A stretch of 51,505 nt of DNA from an uncultured Gammaproteobacteria bacterium (GTDB lineage Bacteria > Pseudomonadota > Gammaproteobacteria > SZUA-229), in the NCBI GenBank assembly GCA_937998645.1, contig CALLCZ010000021.1:1-51505 (forward strand), given 5' to 3'. The position numbers and the translations under genes are program-made. Position 1 is the stretch's first letter; each line of letters begins with the position of its first letter. The notes beneath the pieces were generated by a model. It saw nothing but the letters and a program-made list of their open reading frames with translations. It ran no database searches and was not told where the DNA came from. Below, in pieces: positions 10,013-17,600 of this stretch.

Positions 10013-11047
10013 CTACCAGGAGCCAGCACTTGCACGGTGCTCATTGCTCTGGATGCCGCCTGTCAAATGACAGCTGCCACTGCAATCTGCAACATCGCTG
10101 ATCGGTAGTGGTACGTCGCCAACGCCCTTATGTGAGTCCGGTACATAATCGTCGGTATGGCATGCGGCACATTCCGGCTGGTATGCAGGGAATGGCCATG
10201 CAATAACCTGGTTGTTTGTAGTATGGCAGTCAACACAAAGTACGCCGGTTCTATGATCACCAGGGTAATCAGGTGAATCATGCGTGAAGTGGGGCAGTGG
10301 TAACCACCCCACCGTTGTGTGGCAGCGATTGCAGTCCAGGGTTGTTACAAAGTGTGTCGTTGATTTCCCTGTTGCAATTGAGCCATTATGGCAGCTCAGG
10401 CAAAGACCCGTTGCGTAGGTGTGGTCAAAGCGTGCGCCTCTCCATGTGTTGGTGTTGTGGCAGTTGTCACACTGTGCAATGGTGAAAACATGCTGCGGTG
10501 ACTTGCCTGTTGCTTTAACACCGTTGTGACAGGAGTCGCATGAGCCTGAAACGGACCCATGATCAACCCGGCCTACTCGGCTGAAGGTAATCGTGTTGTG
10601 GCAGTCTTCGCATGTGGATGATGCGGTTATGGTTATATGCGATGGCGAAATTCCAATGGCAATGGAGTTGTTGTGGCAGTTCTCGCATGGGGAAAATATG
10701 CCGCTATGATCGAATCGTGCGCCTAGCCAGGTGTCAGTTGTGTGACAATCATCGCAAATATTGCTGCTGTTCATGTGCTCTGGATGTTTTCCTGGCGCAC
10801 GGCTGTTGTTGTGACAAAGGTAACATTCAAGAGGTGTGCCCTTGAACATCCCGCCAATGTGGCAGCTGGAGCAGTCTAAAAACTGATGCTTGCCGGTCAA
10901 TGGGAATCCGGTCGTGAAATGGTCGAAGCTTTCCACGTCATCAGCAGCATGTGTTGATGAATTAACAAACAGCAATGAACCTGACAGCAAAAGAAGATAT
11001 AGCGCTGTTGTCATGATGCCGATTAATCTTGAGTTGTTCTGGTTCAT
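10013..11047 (-). CDS. Multihaem c-type cytochrome (11 CXXCH plus one CX3CH), secreted
   Basis: Signal peptide MNQNNSRLIGIMTTALYLLLLSGSLLFVNSSTHA. I counted the CXXCH motifs by eye: CSSCH, CYLCH, CDDCH, CENCH, CEDCH, CDSCH, CDNCH, CLSCH, CNRCH, CVDCH, CAACH, plus CSGSCH. The pattern C..CHNG..A.GK...H repeats, in the style of paired-CXXCH domains. Confidence 0.92.
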   Translation of the reverse strand: MNQNNSRLIGIMTTALYLLLLSGSLLFVNSSTHAADDVESFDHFTTGFPLTGKHQFLDCSSCHIGGMFKGTPLECYLCHNNSRAPGKHPEHMNSSNICDDCHTTDTWLGARFDHSGIFSPCENCHNNSIAIGISPSHITITASSTCEDCHNTITFSRVGRVDHGSVSGSCDSCHNGVKATGKSPQHVFTIAQCDNCHNTNTWRGARFDHTYATGLCLSCHNGSIATGKSTTHFVTTLDCNRCHTTVGWLPLPHFTHDSPDYPGDHRTGVLCVDCHTTNNQVIAWPFPAYQPECAACHTDDYVPDSHKGVGDVPLPISDVADCSGSCHLTGGIQSNEHRASAGSW

Positions 11048-11061
11048 GTGATGCGTACCGG

Positions 11062-12690
11062 TTATCTATTGATTTTGGCGTTCTTGAAGCTTTTGGTGCT
11101 GTGGCATTGTCCGCACTGTCTGCCGAATTGCCGATTATGAATATCCTGGCTTCGATGACAGAAAATACAGTCGCGAGAAGCTTTCAGTTTCCCTTTGGAT
11201 TTTGTTCTATGGCAATCGTAGCAGCCCACTTCCTCGTGAGCGCCGTCTATCTTGAAACGTGTTGCCTTGTCATGATCAAACAGCCAGTTCTCCCATGAAT
11301 TCGGGTTGTGACAGGTTTCACAGTCAGTGCCAAGGCGGGTCTTGTGAACATCATCGCCAGTGTGACATGCATTACATTCACTATTGGCCGAGCTGTATAT
11401 TGAAGTTAGATGACATTCTTCACATTGAACTGCGGCGTGCATGCCGATAAGCGGAAAGCTGGACAGGTCATGGTCGAAGAATACGTTGTCACGCCAGCCT
11501 TTCTCGTTATGACAATCGTTACATTGTTTACCCTGCTTGCCCTGGTGTACATCATCTTTTTTGTGACACTCAATACAGGCGGTCTTCAGCTTGTCTTTTT
11601 TAGCTTTAAGATTGTCCTTTTTTTCCAGGTCAAGGTCGCCTTTGTGGCAATATGTACAGGACAGGTTTTTGTGCTTGCCCCTGAGTGGAAAGTCTGTTTT
11701 TTTGTCATGATCGAATTTGTGCTTCTGCCATGATTTGGAATTGTGGCAGTCTTTGCATTCCTTTCCATTTTTACCTTTATGGCTGTCATCGAATCTATGG
11801 CAGCTATAACAATCGGTTGGAAGTTTAACTTTCTTGTTCTTGTTCTTTTTTAATTTATCGGGTGTGTGGCAACTGTTGCACGAAGCTTCCTTATGTTTGC
11901 CATATAACGAAAAATCAGTATTTTTATTGTGATCAAAAGACATTTCGTCCCATCGTTCGGGTGTGTGGCAGGTATCACACTTTTCCCCATAACCGCCGCG
12001 GTGGATGTCCTGGATCTTATGGCAGCCTATACATTTACTCGGCGTGTCTTTGTATTTCTGGTTGATATGGCAGGAAGTGCAGTTGGTTTCTTTATGCGCG
12101 CCTTTGAGCGGGAAATCCGTTTTCTTGTCATGATCAAATTCAGACAGCTTCCAGCTGGATGCAGAGTGGCAGTCACCGCATTTTTTTCCATTTTTTCCAT
12201 CGTGGGCGTCCGATTCTTTATGGCAGGAATAACAATCCTGCGGTGCTTCAGAATATTTCTTGTCTTTTTCGTGACATGCCGTACAGCTCGTTTTGATGTG
12301 CATGCCTTTGAGCAGAAAATCGGTTTTGGAATGATCGAAAGTCGACGGATTCAATAAAATGACTATTGCATCCCGTCCTTCATGCTCGGTATGGCAGTGT
12401 TTGCAATTGGTTCTTACTGTTTCCGGCAGTCGCCCATGAAAGCCTTCCTTATTGCGCACATCATCAAGTATGTTCTTATGATCATGGCATTTCATGCACA
12501 GTTGTCCCTGCATTGCCTTGTCTGATGTGTCGTGGCACTGGTCGCAGTCTTTTTCGTATTCCTGGTGGGCCTTGATTACAGGGCCGGGCATCAAAAGCGA
12601 TTCCAGTGATTCTGCATTGCTGGCAGATGTTATGAGCATGACCGAAATCGCAAGCATGAGCCTGGTCCAGACAGGGTAATGAGGTCGCAT
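11062..12690 (-). CDS. 21-haem c-type cytochrome built from seven tandem trihaem modules, secreted
   Basis: 21 CXXCH motifs counted by eye. The module FDH.K.TDF.L.G.H....C..CH ... C..CH ... C..CH repeats. I set the start at ATG 12690 (MRPHYPVWTRLMLAISVMLITSASNA, a signal peptide) rather than at 12735. Confidence 0.92.
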   Translation of the reverse strand: MRPHYPVWTRLMLAISVMLITSASNAESLESLLMPGPVIKAHQEYEKDCDQCHDTSDKAMQGQLCMKCHDHKNILDDVRNKEGFHGRLPETVRTNCKHCHTEHEGRDAIVILLNPSTFDHSKTDFLLKGMHIKTSCTACHEKDKKYSEAPQDCYSCHKESDAHDGKNGKKCGDCHSASSWKLSEFDHDKKTDFPLKGAHKETNCTSCHINQKYKDTPSKCIGCHKIQDIHRGGYGEKCDTCHTPERWDEMSFDHNKNTDFSLYGKHKEASCNSCHTPDKLKKNKNKKVKLPTDCYSCHRFDDSHKGKNGKECKDCHNSKSWQKHKFDHDKKTDFPLRGKHKNLSCTYCHKGDLDLEKKDNLKAKKDKLKTACIECHKKDDVHQGKQGKQCNDCHNEKGWRDNVFFDHDLSSFPLIGMHAAVQCEECHLTSIYSSANSECNACHTGDDVHKTRLGTDCETCHNPNSWENWLFDHDKATRFKIDGAHEEVGCYDCHRTKSKGKLKASRDCIFCHRSQDIHNRQFGRQCGQCHSTKSFKNAKINR

Positions 12691-12715
12691 CTTGAGTAAT
12701 TCGAGCCTGCTGCTG

Positions 12716-13636
12716 TCAGTACATATGTACTGCAAAAATGTGGATAACAGCTGTTATTATCATCATGATGAATAGTGGCAGGTGAAGAATATGCCACAGT
12801 GAAAACAGCCGCTCGTACATACGAAGAGCGACAATTTTTCGCAGTGTATCTGTATAACGCGTGATAAACTCTTTGGCGGCCGCGCTGTCTGGTAGTGTTG
12901 TTGATATACTGTCATTCTGGCTGCTGTTTAATAAATGCTTGAACTTTGACTGTAAACGTTGCGCATCAAAAGTCAGTGTTATGCTATGCAGCAGGCTCAT
13001 CAAGATGCCTGTATATTGCTGCAAGGCCTTGCTTTCCATTGCTGACATCATCTTATTCAGGTTTGAGTTCAGCTTGTAAATGTACAAAAGCTCCGTATTT
13101 TCGGTTTCAAGCTCTTGCTTAAGCTCATTGAGCGTAATGCGCTTGCCATATAAGCCATGATGAATATGGGTATATATATACCTGCCAATCAGCCCACTGC
13201 CCGCTACCAGCAGCATGCTGATTAATGCGACTGAGCTGTTGGCTGATCCAAAATGAAAATTGGAGTGATACAGAATCAATACGGGTCCGATAATGCCAAA
13301 CAGCATGTGGATGCCGAACCAGTATCTAACTGGCACCATGCGCGACAGAATTGACAATCTTTTGCTCAGGGGATAGAGCAGCACTAATAGCATCAGGCTT
13401 CCACCGACAATACCCAATGCATAGCCGGTACCGTTCTCAGCGCTGAGATAATTGCTATCGCGATTAAGCCAGCCGATTATAAGTACTGCTATTACACTGA
13501 TCGTAAATAAATGCTTATACAGAAACGTGAATGTCGCAGCCAGCAATTCAAACATTTTTGTTCCTTGCTGTACCGGATTACTGGCCACAAAATCCCGGGC
13601 TGTAACGTCGTCATTTATGGTGTCTGTATTGCTCAT
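12716..13636 (-). CDS. His-rich polytopic inner-membrane protein (about 5 TM segments plus a central helical soluble segment), first gene of the cytochrome operon
   Basis: Hydrophobic segments lie at about residues 29-57, 71-90, 106-124, 135-155 and 280-306. His clusters sit in or next to these TM segments (WFGIHMLFG..LILYHSNFH; YTHIHHG; LWHILHLPLF..VIHIFAVHMY). No family recognised. Confidence 0.7.
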   Translation of the reverse strand: MSNTDTINDDVTARDFVASNPVQQGTKMFELLAATFTFLYKHLFTISVIAVLIIGWLNRDSNYLSAENGTGYALGIVGGSLMLLVLLYPLSKRLSILSRMVPVRYWFGIHMLFGIIGPVLILYHSNFHFGSANSSVALISMLLVAGSGLIGRYIYTHIHHGLYGKRITLNELKQELETENTELLYIYKLNSNLNKMMSAMESKALQQYTGILMSLLHSITLTFDAQRLQSKFKHLLNSSQNDSISTTLPDSAAAKEFITRYTDTLRKIVALRMYERLFSLWHILHLPLFIMMIITAVIHIFAVHMY

Positions 13637-13683
13637 GAGGGTTCTCGTGGGTCTATGCGAATGGTTGGTATAATTTTCCCAAA

Positions 13684-13697
13684 GGCATTATAATTGC
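13684..13697 (+). promoter_or_regulatory. Possible sigma-54 (-24/-12) promoter element facing the 13919 gene
   Basis: aGGCATtataaTTGCTt compared with consensus TGGCAC-N5-TTGCW. The GG to GC spacing is correct (12 nt). It lies about 225 nt upstream of ATG 13919 in an AT-rich divergent region. Confidence 0.25.
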
Positions 13698-13918
13698 TTG
13701 CCTGTAGTAGTCTAGTAAATTTGTAAGAAAAACCGGAAAATTGTCGATAAATTTTCCATATTATGTCGAGAAAATTTGCACAATATCTGCTATATAAACA
13801 AATAATCAATAAGTTACAGATTCTTTCTTTGTGCAATCAATGATCATGCTTTGTTCGATGATATTTTTGTCGGTGCAGTATTGTTGCGGCATAGAATTCT
13901 TCAAGCAGGATATGCTAC

Positions 13919-15217
13919 ATGACGTCTGAAATATGGCTCTATTCATTGCCGTTGCTGGTTATTTTCAGCATATATTTATGGAAGCGAACAGGTAGGCATC
14001 GCACCAGTAGGAAAATTCTTGAACAGGCAGTTGCTGCGGGCTTAACCGAGCCTGCCTCTCTCCACCCGGTCATAGACCACGTCAAGTGCCTGGGATGTGC
14101 AAGCTGCGTAAAGGCGTGCCCTGAAAATAATGTCCTGGGTGTGATTCATGGTAAAGCCCACCTGGTTGATCCGACCCATTGCATCGGTCACGGGGCATGC
14201 AAGAAAGCCTGTCCGTTCAACGCCATCGAGCTTGTATTTGGTACCGAGAAGCGAGGCGTTGATATTCCGCAGGTGAATGAGGATTTTCAGAGCAATGTTC
14301 AAGGTATCTATATTGCGGGTGAGCTGGGTGGCATGGGCCTGATACGAAATGCAGTTACCCAGGGTGTGCAGGCTGTTGAATCCATCCGCAAGATTGATGG
14401 TATTGGAAGCAAGGATAGGCTTGATCTGGTTGTCGTTGGCGCAGGGCCGGCGGGTATAGGAGCATCTCTGGCGGCTATGTCAGCCAAACTTAAGTTTGTT
14501 ACCGTGGAACAGGAATCGATGGGTGGGACTGTATCGCATTACCCTCGGGGTAAAATTGTGATGACTGCACCGGTCAAGCTACCTGTTGTAGGGAAAATGC
14601 AATTCAGGGAAACCACCAAGGAACAGTTGATGGAGTTCTGGGAAGAAGTTGTAAAATCAACCGGGTTGAAAATTAGTGACAACGAGCGTGTTGAAAGTAT
14701 TGAACCCGACGGCGCCGGTTTTAAAGTTAAAACAACACAAAGTAGTTACCAGACAAGGGCGGTATTACTGGCGATTGGTCGACGTGGGACACCCCGCACA
14801 CTCGGTGTTCCGGGAGAAAATAAATCAAAGGTAGTCTACCGCCTTATAGATCCGGAACAGTACCTGAATCAGCATGTTCTGGTTGTTGGCGGCGGCGATA
14901 GTGCTCTGGAAGCCGCGGTCAGTATTGCGGAGGAGGCGGGAACAACAGTAACTTTGTCATACAGAAGTGAAGCATTCTCCCGTGCCAAGGAAAAAAACCG
15001 TGTCAAGGTGGCGGATGCGCAAAAACAGGGCAGGTTGAATGTATTAATGAGCTCAAGTGTAAAACAGATATCCGATGACAAGGTCGTCATCGAAGCAAAC
15101 AATAAAGAAATTACTATCGATAACGATGCAATAATTGTATGCGCCGGTGGCATTCTGCCTACACCATTTCTCAAGTCCATCGGTATTGAAGTAGAAACCA
15201 AGTTTGGAACTGCATGA
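13919..15217 (+). CDS. Membrane-anchored 2x[4Fe-4S] ferredoxin domain fused to an FAD/NAD(P)-dependent (thioredoxin-reductase-like) oxidoreductase
   Basis: N-terminal TM segment followed by a basic patch (WKRTGRHRTSRK). Two cluster motifs, CLGCASCVKACP and CIGHGACKKACP. Dinucleotide folds VVVGAGPAGIGASL and VLVVGGGDSALEAA. Confidence 0.82.
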   Translation: MTSEIWLYSLPLLVIFSIYLWKRTGRHRTSRKILEQAVAAGLTEPASLHPVIDHVKCLGCASCVKACPENNVLGVIHGKAHLVDPTHCIGHGACKKACPFNAIELVFGTEKRGVDIPQVNEDFQSNVQGIYIAGELGGMGLIRNAVTQGVQAVESIRKIDGIGSKDRLDLVVVGAGPAGIGASLAAMSAKLKFVTVEQESMGGTVSHYPRGKIVMTAPVKLPVVGKMQFRETTKEQLMEFWEEVVKSTGLKISDNERVESIEPDGAGFKVKTTQSSYQTRAVLLAIGRRGTPRTLGVPGENKSKVVYRLIDPEQYLNQHVLVVGGGDSALEAAVSIAEEAGTTVTLSYRSEAFSRAKEKNRVKVADAQKQGRLNVLMSSSVKQISDDKVVIEANNKEITIDNDAIIVCAGGILPTPFLKSIGIEVETKFGTA

Positions 15218-17196
15218 TGAATAGAATTACTTTCCTGCCATTGATGTTATTGCTGGTAGTGTTTGTGGCCGATGCGGCGACTCTGGCAGATGCGAAAATG
15301 GCCATTCGTACCAGGGATTTTGCGAAAGCAGTAAAAATACTCGAACCGTTGTCGCGCAAAGGTGACAAAGAGGCCCAATACCATCTTGCAGTTATGTACC
15401 GTAATGGCCAGGGTGCTCGCGAGGATGCGAAAAAAGCAGCTTACTGGATGAGTAAATCGGCCAGTCAGGGTTATAAACGTTCACAGTATTCATTGGGCGT
15501 TCTCTATGAAGAGGGTATTGGTGTAAGTCAGAATCTGGAAAAAGCGGTTTACTGGTACAAGGCTGCTGCCGGGCAGGGATACAGCAATGCGGAAAAGCGC
15601 TTAGACAGTCTTGAATCTGGAGATACAGTGATTGCAGGCGATATTAAACCAGGCGAAGCGCTGGTACTGGCGGTGAGTTCTGATGATATAAAAGCCGCTG
15701 AGACATCACTGAAGGCCGGTGCAAATGTGAATGCAGCTGATGAATACAGGCGGACGGTTTTGTTTGATGCTGTCAGTCGAAAAAATGTAAAAATGGTGAA
15801 GCTGCTGCTGGATAATGGTGCTGATGCTAATGTCGTAGACACCTATAAAGACAGGCCATTGATGCTGGCTGCTGCAAATGGGGATATGACCATTGTCAGG
15901 GAACTGATCAATCACAAGGCCGGAGTGGGATATAAGGATGCAAACGGTAATACGGCTCTGATGCTGGCATCTGCAAAAGGGCATAAGGATGTTGTAGCTG
16001 TATTGTTGAAAAGCAAGGCATCACATAAACCCAAAAACCGTAATGATGAAAACGCTATCGCGCTGGCTGCAAAAGGAAAGCATCATGCCACTGTGAAATT
16101 ACTGGAAAATTATGGGGCGCGCTTGCCTGTTGCACAAAAAGATGGCCTGACGGCGACACAGAAGCTGGCGGCAATTAATAAGGGTGCCAGTAGTGTATAT
16201 AAAAACTGGAGTCCGCTGATGATCGCCGTTTGGCGAGGACAGGATGATGTTCTGGCCTTGTTGTTAAAGAAGGGTGCGAATCCTAACCAGCAGGATAATG
16301 AGGGCCATACTCCGCTGACTCGCGCGGCTATGCAGGGATATGATGATGTTACCAGTCTGCTTATTGCTGCAAAAGCTGATGTCAACAAGAAAGATAAAAA
16401 TGGTAAGACACCACTGATGTGGTCCGCAGAATATGGTAAGGAGAATGTTGCAAAAATTCTATTGAAAGCCGGCGCTGATGTGAATGTGGTCGCTAACAAG
16501 AAGCAAACTGCACTGTTCTACGCAATTGCTGGCAGTCATGAAGACATTGCCGTTATGTTGCTCGATACTGGTGCAAGACCGAACAATGTACTGATTGATG
16601 GTAAAGGCGAATTAATGATGGCATCAAGGAGTATGTCATTGACAACAGTCGAACGGTTGCTGCGTGCGGGTGGAAATGCTGGTTTACGTGATGAGAATGG
16701 TCATGATGCGCTGTGGTTTGCTGTTGAATCCGGTAATGCTGACCTGGTCAGGCAGATGCTGGTGAGCTACAAGCAAATAAACAGAAAGGATAAGCATGGT
16801 AACTCACTGCTGCATAAGGCAGCCATATCGGAAAATCCGGATATTATTGCACTTTTAATTGATAAGGGTATTGATATTGATGTTAGTGCTGTTGATGGGA
16901 ACACGCCATTAATGCTTGCAGCAAGCAGGGGTAATGCGGGTGCAGTCAAGGTGTTGATAGCAAAAGGCGCCAATGTGAACGGTAAAAACAATGTTGGTAA
17001 TACGCCGCTTATTCTATCTGTCCTTGCAGACAGCAAGGAGTCAGTGAAAATATTGCTGGATTCGGGCGCAGATATTGATATAAGAAACAATAAGCGTGAG
17101 CAGGCGATTAACCTGGCTGAACTGAGTAAGGAAACATCTATTTTAAAGATGTTGAATCAACACAAGGAAGGTAAGAAGCTGTTTGGTATATTTTAG
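15214..17196 (+). CDS. Periplasmic Sel1-repeat plus ankyrin-repeat protein
   Basis: ATGA overlap with the upstream stop. Signal peptide MMNRITFLPLMLLLVVFVADA. 2-3 Sel1 repeats (AQYHLAVMYRNGQG.., SQYSLGVLYEEGIG..). Then about 13-15 ankyrin repeats (G.TPLM.AA..G....V..LL..GA..N). Confidence 0.85.
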   Translation: MMNRITFLPLMLLLVVFVADAATLADAKMAIRTRDFAKAVKILEPLSRKGDKEAQYHLAVMYRNGQGAREDAKKAAYWMSKSASQGYKRSQYSLGVLYEEGIGVSQNLEKAVYWYKAAAGQGYSNAEKRLDSLESGDTVIAGDIKPGEALVLAVSSDDIKAAETSLKAGANVNAADEYRRTVLFDAVSRKNVKMVKLLLDNGADANVVDTYKDRPLMLAAANGDMTIVRELINHKAGVGYKDANGNTALMLASAKGHKDVVAVLLKSKASHKPKNRNDENAIALAAKGKHHATVKLLENYGARLPVAQKDGLTATQKLAAINKGASSVYKNWSPLMIAVWRGQDDVLALLLKKGANPNQQDNEGHTPLTRAAMQGYDDVTSLLIAAKADVNKKDKNGKTPLMWSAEYGKENVAKILLKAGADVNVVANKKQTALFYAIAGSHEDIAVMLLDTGARPNNVLIDGKGELMMASRSMSLTTVERLLRAGGNAGLRDENGHDALWFAVESGNADLVRQMLVSYKQINRKDKHGNSLLHKAAISENPDIIALLIDKGIDIDVSAVDGNTPLMLAASRGNAGAVKVLIAKGANVNGKNNVGNTPLILSVLADSKESVKILLDSGADIDIRNNKREQAINLAELSKETSILKMLNQHKEGKKLFGIF

Positions 17197-17280
17197 ATGT
17201 AGTGGTCCAGACTTGATTTGACAGTTTCTGTCAGATTTCGCATGATCTAAACCGGACTGGTTTAGTGGTTTGTGGTATTT

Positions 17281-17470
17281 TCTCTCGCAAAGGCGCCAAG
17301 ATCGCCAAGAACTTCAATGTTTTTTGTGTTTAGCCCCAACGCTTTTGCGTACTTTGTGCCTCGGCGAGATCTAATGATTGTTTCTCTCGCAGAGGCGCAG
17401 AGTCCGCAGAGAATTTCAATGCTTTGTTCTTACCCCAAACACCTTTGCGTGCTTTGCGCCTTGGTGAGAG
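17281..17470. repeat. Two tandem ~100-bp palindromic (REP/MITE-like) units between convergent genes
   Basis: Unit 1 is 17281-17370 and unit 2 is 17383-17470, a 102-bp period. Each starts TCTCTCGC(A/G)(A/G)AGGCGC..AAG..CGC..AGAA..TTCAATG and ends with an imperfect inverted copy (..TTTGCGT.CTTTG.GCCT.GG.GAGA). Confidence 0.75.
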
Positions 17471-17600
17471 TAAATATCGATGGATTTTTCTATATCGCCA
17501 ATTCTGGCTTTACTGACAAAAGATCATAGCCTGGGATTGAGTTAATACGACACTGACTGTCAGATTGAATCCTGACTATTACATTTTGGATTCTTCAGTT

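Noticed and set aside
11929-12357. 142-aa plus-strand ORF antisense to the 21-haem cytochrome gene
   Set aside because: This is a shadow ORF. The minus strand encodes 21 regularly spaced CXXCH motifs.
15549-17090. Several 90-130-aa minus-strand ORFs inside the ankyrin-repeat gene
   Set aside because: They are low-complexity antisense frames of a repeat-rich gene, with no start context or motifs.
17281-17470. Considered whether the tandem repeat could be a tiny CRISPR array
   Set aside because: There are only two units. They are directly adjacent, so no unique spacers sit between short repeats. Each unit is ~100 bp and internally palindromic, and no cas genes are in the window.
17272-17529. 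85-aa plus-strand ORF in the gap between the ankyrin gene and the che operon
   Set aside because: It is composed entirely of the two tandem palindromic repeat units, which makes it a translation artefact of a REP-like element.
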